Shown: positions 40,936-54,521 of the stretch, piece by piece | Position numbering within the stretch: position 1 is the stretch's first letter | Layout of the letters: each line of letters opens with the position of its first letter | DNA from: Octopus vulgaris | Lineage: Eukaryota | Direction of reading: 5' to 3' | DNA length: 64,000 bases | Assembly (NCBI GenBank): GCA_951406725.2 | Contig: OX597819.1 | Coordinates: 128,154,001 to 128,218,000 of the forward strand | The notes under the pieces: generated by a model | What the model saw: only the letters and a program-made list of their open reading frames with translations | What the model was told of the DNA's origin: nothing | Databases searched by the model: none | Translations under genes and position numbers: made by a program

Positions 40936-42424
40936 TTAGACTTTCTTTGCTTAAGATTTGAAAAACCCTTATAGAGGTTTTGTATATCAATGACATGGAT
41001 AATCTCAGTTGATTGAAATTTCTGAACACGTATTACACATGTAAGACACTACTGTGATAGACAGACAGGCAGATAGATAGATAGACAGATAGATAGACAG
41101 ATAGATATAATCGAGTTCACATGATCAAATTTTGTAGATGTGCATTAGTATCATTTGAAAATAGCTCCAATATATTGCACCAGCCAAAGACCAGAATAAA
41201 CCTCGGCTTGACTTAAATTCTCAACAGGAGATGAACGAAATTAATAAAATTGCAGAGTATTTAGTCAGTTTCTAAACTACCTATGATAATTCTATTTCTT
41301 TCTCTGCGTACACAATTAAAAAACAAAAAATAGAAGGTGGGAGATGCGGGCGTTGCTGCTACATTTGACTACGTTGAAATACATAAATGCAATCACGATA
41401 TTAAAAACATAAAGATAACAAAAAAAAAAAAAACACATGAAAAGCAAAAGCAGGAATGTTAACCATACATAATATTAGTTTGAGAATAAACATTGTTTAT
41501 TTTATTTATGGTTTTTTTGCTCTATTTTTTTTGCTTTGTTTTGTTTTTTTCGTTATACACCAAATAGTTAAATGATATGTTTTGGCTTTTATGAGTCATT
41601 TGGGAATATTCTTCATTCGATGAATAATTGATCACATCCGTAATAGCGAACCATTTATAATATCTAATGAGACATAGAGCAACAGGAGACATTGATTCTA
41701 ATAGAACTATTAAAATCGGCTTCTGTTTTACTTTATATTTTTTTTGCATAGTTTTTATGGGTTTTCTTGTTTCGTTTTTTTTTTTACATCGGTTGTGTTT
41801 TTACCAATGAATTACGATGTTGTTGCGTGTAGAAGCTTGTTTGGTATTACTACGATACCAAGGTGATGGCGAAGATGGCTGAGACGGAAAAGCACCGAAC
41901 TACACACTTTATTGTGCTTCTCTTTAAGCATGTTGCTAGCAGCCAAAGTTCAAATCCCATTTGGAATATGTTGTCTTTTTCTTCTTTAGTTCCTCTGGAA
42001 TTGGATTTATTTATTACTAATTGGCTACTAATTAGTTATAAGAGCCAACTACGGAGCTCCTTTGCTGCCATTCGATCTGCTACAAACAGCAACTAAATTC
42101 TCGTCAAATAACATCATATCTTAAAAATGAAAGGGGCGCCCTAGATGATAAAGCTTTAGAAACATTATCTGCTAATATGATGAAGAGCCCATGTCTGAAA
42201 CGCTTTGATCATAGATCTACTTCATCAAGGCTAAACAATAACAATCAATTATATTCGATATTTATCATATTATCAGTTTCACCTTCTTCGAGGGATGGTT
42301 ATGTAGTTTGGAAGTTCACTTCGCAATTCCATCCTACTACGCAACACTTTAGGTTAGTGTTTTCTAACAACGCTGCGGTGTGATCTAAGCCTTGTTAGGG
42401 AAATTGGATAGGTGGAAGCTACTT

Positions 42425-42750
42425 GGACTCGCGGTCGGAGGATCGCGGTTTCGATTCCCAGACCGGGCGTTGTGTGTGTTTATTGAGCGAAAACACCTAA
42501 AGCTCCACGAGGCTCCGGCAGGGGGTGGGAGAGACCCCTATTGTACTCTTTCGCCCCAACTTTCTCTCACTCTTTCTTGTTTTTTGTCCCCGACTTCTTA
42601 TGCAACCGCTGAACCAGGATGCGCATTCATCCATCCGTCGATGCTCTCGGTGTCGGGGGTTGACCTGCTTTCTCTTCTGCGGGTCATACGAATAGCAAAA
42701 GGACCACGTTTCGGACTTCTCCCACTGGATGAATACCGCTACACTCAACA
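42425..42750 (+). mobile_element. C-related SINE, head-truncated, inserted after an old family A head
   Basis: GGACTCGCGGTCGGAGGATCGCGGTTTCGATTCCCAGACCGGGCG... is shared with 18430-18570. The 3' limit is uncertain. Confidence 0.75.
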
Positions 42751-43689
42751 GTAAGTCAACGAGGTAGCTCTGTAAGTAGTCATCGGTCAGCTGGAAGTAA
42801 CTGTTAGATCTTCTTTCTTTTTATCAACCTAAAAATAGGAACGATGCATTTGATAATATAATTCCCGACGTGTAAAAGAAAACGTTACATCACGGCTGGC
42901 ATGATTTTATTTCATAACAACTATCACTGTACTACAGAAATAGTTTATAAGTCATACGCAATACAGACACACTAACACACACAAATATATACAATGACAG
43001 TACCACAAAACAACGAGGTAGACTTCATATGGTCGACTAGTCTGCAAGAAACAACCACCAAATCACACTAAAATTGCACTTTGCTGTCTTGAAAATGGTT
43101 GAACACAATGGAAAATGTAGTTTAAGATTCCCAATGAATGAATGAAGGTTGGGATGTTCGGTGCTGGGTTGCTAAATGGCAACATAGAATTTTATATGAC
43201 AAAGCCTCCATTTTTCACCTCTCTCTTGGCAGCAGCTACCGTTATATCTAATGAACACGATCTCTTTTAAATGTTCGAATTAAATAAAGCGAAGCTGAAT
43301 AAATGTGTGTGTGTGTGTGACGTTGTTATTTAGCCTCATCGCTCTTCGAGCAGACCTATAATCAATGGAATCACACTCCCAGTTACGCTGTATTTTATTT
43401 TCAGACTAAATGTTGCTAATTTTACATAATCTGTGTACTTCCTTTATTTAAGACGTTAAAGTGAGATTTGAAAGAGATATTTCACTACTATTTCTAGCAT
43501 CTCGATAAATTTATATATCATGTCGTCATTGCAATATCCTGTCTCCTTCCGGAATCAATTTCATTATAAGTGATATTCCAGCGAATGTCTTAAAATAGAA
43601 AAGCAATTTATTTTGTCAAGAGAAAACAATTTCGTATTTAGTTGAAATAAATGTGAATTAGCGTGATGGGTTGTTATAGTTTCTGCTGA

Positions 43690-44490
43690 AGGCCAAAAAT
43701 ACGTGACGTTGTACCTTGATTGGAAATCATTATTACATTTAATATTTTCATCCTGAGTTCAAATCCATTCGTGTTTAATCTTGCTTCACCCACCCAGGAT
43801 GGGTAAAATCAAAGTTAGAGGTACTAAGCCTAACATTTTCGAGGAGGTGTCAAGTCAACTTCATGTTCAACTGGTACTTGTTTTATAGATCTAAGAATAT
43901 GATGGACAAAGTCGACCTTGGTGACATTTGAACTCAGAACATAAAGCCTAAAGAAACACCACTGACTATTTTGTCCGCCGAGATAACGATTATGACAGCT
44001 CGCCACCTCAGTAATGGTTTCAAATTTTGGCACAAAGCCAGCATGTTCGGAAGAGCGGATAAATCGATTACATCGATCCCAGTGTTCATTTGGTATTTAT
44101 TTAGTTGACACTGAAAGGATAAAAGGAAAAGTTGACCTCGGCGGAATTTGAACTGAGAAATGCGGCTTGGCATTTTACCCAGGGTGCTATCTATTCTGCC
44201 AGCTCGCCTACCAAACGCCACCAGTAAAAATGATTTTTAACTGAGTCAAGTACTGAAGCTTGTTCCCTTCTGCTAAATTTCCAGCATTATGTCCATGTTA
44301 GAAACAACTGTTATTACCGAAGGAGTTGATTGAGTAAGGGAGAAAACGTTCTGTAGCACATAGTTACAACCCTTTAAGCTTTGAGTTCAAATCTCGCCGA
44401 AGTTGATTTTGCCTTCATTCCTTTTGGGGGTCGATAAAATATGGTACTAATCGTGTACTGAATATGATATAATCGATTATCCTCCTCCTA
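43690..44490. mobile_element. Cluster of about four old SINE B variants in both orientations
   Basis: Repeated degenerate GAGTTCAAAT/ATTTGAACTC, GTCGACCT and GGGGTCGATAAAA motifs. Confidence 0.7.
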
Positions 44491-45738
44491 TATACGCCAG
44501 AAAATTAATAGAACAGATCGATAACTTTGATCACTGATAAGCTAACCATTGTTCCTCGATTTATGCACACAGGGTGTACGCAATAAATAAATAGTTTCAA
44601 AGTTTTGCTAGCCACATATATATATGATGACCTGTTTGTTGAATAAAATATATACCGGACTACATATGTGGAACAAACATTTTTATATCAAAGTGAAACA
44701 GATGTGTACACAATTTCTATTGTTTTGTTTTCTTTCGTCTGTATGTTGTGACCAAATTTCACTCGAGCTGATTTCCCTCTTTTATTCACCCGAGGTCAGG
44801 TTGCCGATAATATTTTAGCTACATCAGAAAATAACAACCCGACCTAATACACTACCTTAAGGCCCCGTGACCTGGGTTACGGACACGGCTTTTGACAGCA
44901 AGTATGCAAATGTGTTATTAGTGGTTAACAACAGGCTAAAAATTCTCTTCGACTATCATCAAAGATCGACCGCAGGACACAGGAAATCCTTGTTGATTGA
45001 GGTGTTGACATTATAAATTCTGTGAACGATAATTAGCTAATGAAAGTGTGACGCTGCTCTAGCTTAATATGCACCAAAATATCTATTTCAAAGGTGGAGA
45101 GTCATCAGAGTCCTTAGAGCATTAGATAGACCAGCCCGCACTATTACGTGCTGAATCTTTACTGTATGAGTCCAAATCTCACCGAAGTCAACCTTCTGGG
45201 TTGTACCAAAGTACCAAAATGGTAGACTGATAAAACTGTTAGAAGGTTGGATACGATGTCTTATTGTATCTGTTTTGCATTGTAATAGGAATGCCTGAGA
45301 CGATGCTGATGTGAAGCTGAGTCAACCCAAGCCAGTGGGCTTTCTTTTAACTAAACATCAGTAGTGTGTATACTTTGCACGGGGGAAATTGTCAGTCAGT
45401 CAGCTTCGAAATAACCTTGTTCGGGCTAGAGCAACATCGAAGGAGGCCTTAACATTTACTTTCATTTCCGTAATAGGTGTCTAGCGACCAAGCGACAGCT
45501 TTCAGCAAATATTTAGTAGAGGCTGATAAATCAATGCCTGAAATCGATTAAATCGACTATATATCTCCAATCCAAATGTCTAACTATCTTTCAGAGCTTT
45601 GGCTGTGTGGTAAGAAGCTTGCTTGTCAACCTCATAGTTCTGAGTTGTCTCACTGCGTGGCACATCGTTCAAGTGTCTTCTGCTATTGCCTCGAGCAGAC
45701 CAAAGCCTTGTTTGTGGATTTGATGGAGATTACTGAAA

Positions 45739-45903
45739 GGCGCAGGAGTGGCTGTGTGGTAGGTAGCTTGCTTACCAACCACATGGTTCTGGGTTCAGTC
45801 CCACTACGTGGCATTTTGGGCAAGTGTCTTCTGCTATAGCCCCGGGCCGACCAATGCCTTGTGGGTGAATTTGGTAGACGGAAACTGAAAGAAGCCTGTC
45901 GTA

Positions 45904-45946
<43 letters not shown>

Positions 45947-46160
45947 TTGTGTGTCTGTGTTTGTCCCCCTAGCATTGCTTGACAACCGATGCTGGTGTGT
46001 TTACGTCCCCGTCACATAGCGGTTCGGCAAAAAAGACCGATAGAATAAGTACTGGGCTTACAAAGAATAAGTCCCGGGGTCGATTTGCTCGACTAAAGGC
46101 GGTGCTCCAGCATGGCTGCAGTCAAATGACTGAAACAAGTTAATGAGAGTAAATGAGTAA
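45739..46160 (+). mobile_element. SINE family A, full length and young, directly after an older A head (45598-45738)
   Basis: Complete consensus from GGCGCAGGAGTGGCTGTGTGGT to GACTGAAACAAGT. Confidence 0.95.
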
Positions 46161-46439
46161 GCCGGTAACTGAACGATTCTGCCAGCTCGCTGCCTTAAAT
46201 GAGAGGGAGATATTAAAGTATGTTTCGAGAATATGAATAAAATGTATATAGCTGACTGGATTGTTATACCATTTAATTTTGGAAGCAGAGTATGCACTCA
46301 TTGAAACTTTTATGATGTGTGTGTGTGGATCTCGAAGCTAAATCATTGTTCGAAATCAAAACCATCAGTAACTATTAGAACACTGTAAATAATTGTGTCT
46401 AATGGGGAATGGTTTAGTAGATTACAAATAAGCCAATGG

Positions 46440-46985
46440 TCAAATGGTGCTTTACTGTGTTTGAGGGATTTGAACTCAGAACTTTAAAACACTGGAGTAA
46501 ATGGCTCAAAACATTTTTCTTTGTGCTTTTACCGCCTCGAGGAGCAATGTAAATAATTCTTTCTAATTTTGGCACAAGGCCAACAATTTTGTGTAGAGTG
46601 AGCAAGTCGATTAGATCGATGCCAATATTTGAGTGGAAATCTATTTTACCGACTCTAAAATGAAAACTTGACCTTGGCGGTATTTGAACTCAGAACGTAA
46701 CGATCCAAAAGAAACATCGTTAAGTCTTAGACGCTAACGATTCTGCCAGCTGGCCGCGAACAATGTAAATGATTCTTACTACTATAGATACGGGGCCTGG
46801 AAATTAGGTGGAGGATAGTCGATTACCTCGACCCCAGTATTTGGCTGGTATTTTATATTATCGTCTCAGAAAAATGAAAGGCAAAGTTGACCTCAGCAGA
46901 ATTTAAATTCAGAAAGCAATTCCGGAAAAAATGTCGCTAAGCATTTTGTACAGAGTGCTGATGACTCTGCCACTTCGTAGCCTGA
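46440..46985 (-). mobile_element. Tandem old SINE B variants
   Basis: Two to three degenerate copies with differing tails. Confidence 0.7.
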
Positions 46986-47298
46986 TGCAATGTAAATAGT
47001 GTTACCAAATACCCCAAACTTAGTGCAGAACGAGCCATATTTACCTTCATCCAGTTCGTACAAGGTTTTAGCTATTCAAATGTAGTAATAAAAGCAAGTC
47101 AGAAAAACAGATTGGCCCTAGAAGAGCGTGATGACATGCCACAAAAACTCATTAATCTTCTACCACATAAACGCCGTTTCTACTCTACATCAAAGACATC
47201 CCTCCCATTAATGATGTCAATTCAATAAAAAGCCACGCTAATTCATTTTAATGTGTTTAATATTACCTATATTGTTTATGGAGTTTTTCCATACTTTT

Positions 47299-47446
47299 AT
47301 CATTGTTATCAATATCATTATTATTATTATTATTATTATTATTAATATTATTATCATTATTATTATTATTATTATTATTATCATTATTATTATTATTATC
47401 ATTATTATCATTATTATCATTATTATCATTATTATCATTATTATTA

Positions 47447-47484
<38 letters not shown>

Positions 47485-47505
47485 GTTATTATTATTGTTA
47501 TTATT
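47299..47505. repeat. (ATT/ATC)n trinucleotide tract
   Basis: Direct reading. Confidence 0.97.
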
Positions 47506-49045
47506 TCTTTTAAAATTTTCTCTACTTACCTGAGGTGCATGACAGAGATCAAGAATTCAGTTTAGGAATCGCTGGTGAAAAAAATTTGGAAACACTTGCT
47601 TACGAGAATCACAACCACTATCTTATAGAAAAATGGCATATTGGATAATATTGTCTGGTTTGTGTATTGTGCTTATGGGGCTTGTGGGATAGTCACGGTT
47701 AGAAAGCCTTTAATTATATGGACCTGTTCGATCACGACAGACCTGGGGTTAAACAACAGCTACAGTACGAAGAACAACAATGCCAATATTGCTAGAATAG
47801 AACAAATGTTGTAAAGTATGTGGAGGTAAGCTCTCAGGAATCAAAATGTCAAAGAAAAAGTTATGCGTATACATATGGTATGTGTTCGCGTATATGTGTA
47901 TACGGCACTGTGTGTATAAATATGTAGATTGATTTAGCTGTCATTGTCAAGTGATGTTCCACTAAAAATAACTGCGTCATAGTTATTTAATCATCTCCCA
48001 CCCTCACATCCACTTTTCTCCCACGTTGTTTCGCTTCTTTTCTCTCTTCTTTTTTTTTCTATGTTTCCATTTGATCTCTGATTGCCGATTGTTTGCAGGA
48101 ATATGAAATGTACACATAACATGAAGAGAGCTTTTATTAGATATTGCCCAAAGCTTCAGGCATGTAACAAACATAATTGGTATTTTATGATGATATTCGG
48201 TTGTAAATATAATATAAAATAAAATAAAGCTATCATCTAATCGGTTGCGCTATTAAGATATACACGGCAAATCAATACCGTGGGTGCAGACATAGCTATA
48301 TGGTAAAGGAGCTTGCATCGCAACTACGTGGTTTGGGATTCAATCCTACTACGTGCCAGCTAAGGCAAGTGTTTCTATTACAGCCCACTGGTCAGCCAAA
48401 GGCTTTTGAGTCGAAATTTACAGAGCATGTCGAAGAAAACATTTCTGTTCTGATACGGGCTTGTAGACATAGTTTGTCGCCGACTGGAATGTGCTGGAAG
48501 TATTGAGATTGTGTATCTTACGATACATAATATATACAGAAAGACTGCCTCGCTTGTTCGACCTGGAACTTAATATAATACGTTAACATGACCTCCATAT
48601 ATTCCTTCTATAATCGCCGTCGACTAAACTAAAGAAGCCAATATATGATTAAAAGAAAGAGAAAGCATACGTAGCTGCTTGACCTGTAAGAAATAGCAGT
48701 ATCTAGAATTCACTTCTCTTACAAATTCTTTTCATTTTCAAGAGCTTAGTGAGTGATTTGAATGAGGTTTTTCTGCTATTTGTAGCAAGGTGAGTATTGA
48801 CATCGAGTGTCCTTCGTTTATTCATCTCAGTTATTCTTTATCATACGGATGGTTCTGTAAATTATTTATACAGATACCTCTCTCTCAATGTGTGTGTGTG
48901 TTTGTGTGTTTGGTTTGAGAGAGCGCGAGTATATATATATATATATATATAATCATATCGAAGGGAAATGGAAATTAATTAAAATTTACATTTCCAGTGG
49001 TCTAACGTGTAAAAAATTTAGTCAGAAAGACTATATATTAGTCAT

Positions 49046-49304
49046 ACGATATAGTGTATATTTAAACACATGAGGGATCCACTTATAAGAATTCAACATG
49101 CTAGAAAGAACAGCTAGGTTCTATAACCACAAAAATTAGGGATAAAATTCGACAGGAAACTAGATGGTAAAATGTTTTTCATTTTTCAATTCGTTCCTGT
49201 CGAATTTTATCCCTAATTTTTGTGGTTATAGAACCTAGCTGTTCTTTCTAGCGTGTTGAATTCCTATAAGTGGATCCCTTACGTGTTTAAATATACACTA
49301 TATC

Positions 49305-49306
<2 letters not shown>
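49046..49306. repeat. Fold-back inverted repeat, ~113-bp arms and 35-bp loop
   Basis: 49046-49158 is the reverse complement of 49194-49306 with about four substitutions. Confidence 0.95.
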
Positions 49307-49343
<37 letters not shown>

Positions 49344-49358
49344 TGAATTATACTCCCT

Positions 49359-49389
<31 letters not shown>

Positions 49390-49992
49390 TACATACATGC
49401 ATACATACATACATACATACATACATACATACATACATACATACATACATACATACATACTCTCTCACACGCGTATGTGCATTTAACTAAGTATAAAACA
49501 GGCCCACAAGTTTCTAGTTGAGGAATAACTCAGAAGAGAACTCAAGGAATCTGTAGATATTCAATGTGACGACACGTCAACGCGTGTAATTATACAATAT
49601 CCCTAAACGACTGAAAAATAACCAAAGTGCTGTTGTAAGGCACTTGTCTTCGGACTGGAAACCAATTTTACTCGCTGCTACGGAGGCAAATGGCAAATGA
49701 TTTACTTGCAACAGGCAACAGTAGCAAACAATATGAGGCTTTCTTACCAATTCTCCGTTAAATATACAAATAGTTGTTTTGACTAAAAGGCGGTGCTCCA
49801 GCATGGCCGCAGTCAAGTGACTGAAACAAGTAAAAGAATATAAGAATAAAAGAATGTGACAAAATTAAACATGTGAAAATTTCCACAAAACCAACAATAA
49901 TACCCAGCTGTCGCAGCATAGAATCTTTCTTCATTAAAAAGAAATGCTTCGAATAACACATTGTATACACATTAATGTATCTTTCTGCAGTA

Positions 49993-50219
49993 CAGTAATT
50001 TCTCGCCATATCGCGGTTCACCTATCGCGGTTTATTATTTAAACTTACGTCGATTCCTCCGTGGTGTTGTTTTGCATTAATAGTAAAATAAATATACACA
50101 AATTTTAAAAATAAAAAAAATGAATAAATATACAATGCAATGCTGCTTCTACTTCACGGATTTTCACCTATCGCGGGGTGTTTTGGAACGTAGTACCTGC
50201 GATAGTCGCGGGATTACTG
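49993..50219. mobile_element. Tigger/pogo-like MITE
   Basis: TA|CAGTAATTTCTCGCCATATCGCGG ... CTGCGATAGTCGCGGGATTACTG|TA, with an internal direct repeat TTCACCTATCGCGG. Confidence 0.8.
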
Positions 50220-50418
50220 TATATCAACTTGTTGCTGGACTTAACTGGCACTCCCTCGGTTACGACGACGAGGGTGTCAGTTAATCTGGTCAACGGAACA
50301 GCCTATCCGAGAAATTAACATGTAAGTGGCTGAGTATTCCATAGACACATGTACGCTTAACATAGTTCTGAGGGAGATTCAGCGTAACACACCGAATGTG
50401 ACAAGTCTTGCGGATCTT

Positions 50419-50845
50419 TTCGGTTTGAACGGCAGTTTTTTTCTAGCGGTGTCATATGAAATTGTCACCCATAATTATGACCCTAGTATCGATCTATTGC
50501 ATTTCAATCTGTTTTAAGGTTAGGATTAGAGTTAGGGTTAGGGTTAGAGTTCGGGGTGGGGGAAGGGTATCTTTTTTCTTCAGAAATGTAAATAAACCCA
50601 ATCTGTTTCTTAAACAAAGGACATATTCATACGGCACAGAATGTTTTCACCTCAATAGACGTCACTGACTGGTTGAAATTGCAGAAATTGAAGAAAAAAA
50701 AACAACAAATATCTTACAAACTATATAATTTTCTCAATATAGCCAAGAGAAAAAAACGTTTTATAAACACATCCTACCAGTATACGAAGTTTAAAAGTGT
50801 TTAGTTACGTGGAAATTATTTTAAAAAACTGCCGGTCAAACCGAA
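50419..50845. mobile_element. Non-autonomous TIR element containing telomere-like TTAGGG repeats
   Basis: TTCGGTTTGAACGGCAGTTTTTT pairs with AAAAAACTGCCGGTCAAACCGAA. Degenerate (TTAGGG)n lies at ~50518-50551. Confidence 0.8.
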
Positions 50846-51499
50846 TGTGACAAGTCTGGCGATCTTGAGCCGAATACCTTAACCAAAACCGCACGCCTTC
50901 ACTACCTGTTATATAAGGGTCCGCACCAACATCACCAATACAGTAGTCCATTTTCAAGTCGTTGCCTGGAAAGAACAACAGTGCTATGCAAGCATTGTTG
51001 AAAATCAAAATATGCAGGAATACGCACAAACATAATAAACAAAAAAAAATCATGATATGGAAAAGGATAGAAAATCTACAGGTTTTGCCAAAATCTGCGG
51101 GTTTTGCTTCCACATCCGCTTAATCCGCATTAATGCTGAACAGAATATTCGAAGTCGTTTCATCTTATTATCCTGTAACAAGGTTCTTATTGGCCAGCTT
51201 CAAAGTGGGGATCCACCCTCAGTAAATAATGGACTCTAACAACACCGACGGCTGCGTGTACAAACGGACCACGTTCATCCGTGTTACCAAACACGTGACT
51301 AGAAAACGCGATTGATTACAGCTGTACCTTTTAATACCTACTAAATTAATGCCTTCCAACTGAAGAGGTGTCATCGAATGACTGAGCAATCTCCATCACC
51401 AACTACACGAGACACAGCGATAAATACACCTGATTTATGTCAACCGCACAAAAACTTTAGGAAAGGTTTACGAACGCACGCACACAAACACGTACTATA

Positions 51500-51554
<55 letters not shown>

Positions 51555-51724
51555 AATATTAGGGAATAAATCCAAATTTACAGGGAAAAATCAGATTTAG
51601 GATTAAATCCAATTTTATAGTAAAATATTATATAATATAATTCGAGACAAAACCACTATTTTGCAAAACAAACAAGGAAAGACTTAATCAATACATAAAA
51701 ATTTTTAATATAAAGAATAAACCG

Positions 51725-51767
51725 CCACTACAATCGTTTCATGTCTTCAATGACATTCGTCAGATGG
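51725..51767 (-). ncRNA. Minimal type I hammerhead ribozyme
   Basis: Minus strand reads CCAU-CUGACGA-AUGUC-auugaa-GACAU-GAAAC-gauu-GUA^GUGG. Confidence 0.8.
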
Positions 51768-51819
51768 ATTTTCGATCTCCTAATCTGTTTTAATTAAAAC
51801 AGATTAGTAGATCGAAAAT

Positions 51820-51862
51820 CCACCTGACGAATGTCATTGAAGACATGAAACGATTGTAGTGG
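51820..51862 (+). ncRNA. Minimal type I hammerhead ribozyme
   Basis: CCAC-CUGACGA-AUGUC-auugaa-GACAU-GAAAC-gauu-GUA^GUGG, with predicted cleavage at 51858/51859. Confidence 0.85.
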
Positions 51863-51948
51863 CGGTTTATTTCTTTATATTAAAAATTTTTATGTATTGA
51901 TTAAGTCTTTCCTTGTTTGTTTTGCAAAATAGTGGTTTTGTCTCGAAT

Positions 51949-52017
<69 letters not shown>

Positions 52018-52018
<1 letters not shown>

Positions 52019-52427
52019 TTTTTACTCTTTACTTGTTTCAGTCATTTGACTGCGGCTATGCTGGAGCACCGCCTTTAGTCGAGCAAATCGACCCCAGGAC
52101 TTATTCTTTGTAAGCCCAGTACTTATTCTATCGGTCTCCTTTTGCCGAACCGCTAAGTGACGGGGACGTAAACACACCAGCATCGGTTGTCAAGCAATGC
52201 TAGGGGGGACAAACACAGACACACAAACATACACACACACATATATATATATACATACATATATACGACGGGCTTCTTTCAGTTTCCGTCTACCAAATCC
52301 ACTCACAAGGCTTTGGTTGGCCCGGGGCTATAGTAGAAGACACTTGCCCAAGGTGCCACGCAGTGGGACTGAACCCGGAACCATGTGATGTTGTAAGTAA
52401 GCTACTTACCACACAGCCACTCCTGCG

Positions 52428-52429
<2 letters not shown>
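52018..52429 (-). mobile_element. SINE family A, full length
   Basis: Reverse complement of the consensus, flanked by (TA)n on both sides. Confidence 0.95.
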
Positions 52430-52487
<58 letters not shown>

Positions 52488-52763
52488 TACCATTCACACA
52501 CACATAATCATATATATGTGTGTGCGTGTGTGCTTGCGTGTTCATATTAACCGGTGTGGAGTTAATTAAAAAAAGCGTAAGAAAGCGCTTCGATCTTCGG
52601 ATCAATAAATCATACTAAAATAAGAATAGAGCGTAATGAAAAAACCCTTCAAGGAAGTACCTTTCTTTACATGGCTGCAGTTCAAAGAGAAAGAGAAGCC
52701 AGGGAAAGAGTAAACAAGTACATGTAATTGTGTGAGTGTGTGTGTGTGTATGTGTGTCGGTGT

Positions 52764-52831
<68 letters not shown>

Positions 52832-52960
52832 CGGTGTGTATCCACATTTATATATACGTATATTATGTATACGTACATACAACACTTCTCATATTATATA
52901 TATATATATATAAATGTATATATGTATATACACGCATACACACACACACACACACACATT

Positions 52961-53035
<75 letters not shown>

Positions 53036-53183
53036 ACAAACAGACAGACAGAGAGGTATCTATCTGCTAGGTCTTATAGACGTACAACCTTTGATTTTAA
53101 TCAAATGAATATTATATTTAAATTCTTTGATAATTGAAAATTACACGACCTCTTCGTAGATATATTTGTATGTATGTATGTAA

Positions 53184-53233
<50 letters not shown>

Positions 53234-53707
53234 GTGCAATCTGTGTTTAAGTATGCATGTGTATGCACACACACACACACGCACACATATACATATTTAT
53301 GTATGTATGTATGTATGTATGTATGTATGTATGTATGTATGTATGTATGTATGGGTATATATGCATGTGTCATGTCTATCCAGCCCTGTCCACATAGACG
53401 CACATAACACCACCTACTCAGTGATTGACATGCGACAGTAGCGCACAGTTACTAATGTCTTCGACAGACTATTTGTTTAACTGTTCCAATCCAACTGAAA
53501 TTGGCTCTGAACGGAAATGTCAGTCAGATATCATAGCTTCTTCAGTTGACCGTGATATTTGCTCCATCACTCATTCCGTCTATTTAGCTATCTACACATA
53601 TGAGTGAGAGCGCAAGAGTGTGCGAGTATGCGTTAGTAGCATGTGTGTATAAGTACCGGTAGGTAGTAGATAGGTAGGTGTACAATCTAGTCTAATCTAT
53701 CTGTCTG

Positions 53708-53777
<70 letters not shown>

Positions 53778-54097
53778 AGTATATCTGTCCGTCTGTCTAT
53801 TTCTATTTATGAATCTATACTACGCTCATATGAATCTATCCTACGTTGTATATGTATGCGTGTCTGTATGTAATGTATATCCGATGTGTATTTTCATTAA
53901 AGTTTATGACAATCTATTTCTCTCTCGTTTTGCTATGTATGTATATGTGTCTGTGCGTGTGTGTATATTATACATTTGTATTAATAATTCATTATGAAGC
54001 AACAAAGATTACAATATATTATATGTGCCTATGTATATGCAGCCGTGTGCGTCTAAATATATACGCATATATGTATGTATACTCATTTGTATTTACG

Positions 54098-54129
<32 letters not shown>

Positions 54130-54177
54130 TGATAGATAGATATAGATATATATATGTATGTATGTATGTATGTATGC

Positions 54178-54208
<31 letters not shown>

Positions 54209-54225
54209 TGATAGATAGATATAGA

Positions 54226-54261
<36 letters not shown>

Positions 54262-54521
54262 TGTATGCATATATATATATATATATATATACATGCAAAC
54301 ATACATGCATACATTCAAATATACATAAACACTTACATACATACAAAGATGCAGAGGAAACTTGAATAATATCTGTCACTTGTGTTTTAAACCCTGTCAG
54401 TCAGCAGCTGGTCTTAAAAGTCATCTGAGGGCTTATCAATGAACAAGTGTCTTCTGCTGTAGCCTCGAGCCAACCAAAGCCTTGTGAGTAGATTTGGTAG
54501 ATGGAGACTGGAAAAAGCCCG

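Larger units (their letters stand above)
51556..51959. mobile_element. Palindromic PLE-like element with twin hammerheads, inserted in (TA)n
   Basis: Starts with ATATTAGGGAAT. A spacer-less palindrome spans 51629-51959 and is centred on 51793/51794. Confidence 0.8.

Noticed and set aside
45070-45115. Minus-strand CUGAUGA...GAAAU
   Set aside because: No stem I or stem II pairing; a chance match.
50518-50551. TTAGGG repeats as a telomere or fusion scar
   Set aside because: Short, degenerate and internal to a TIR-bounded element.
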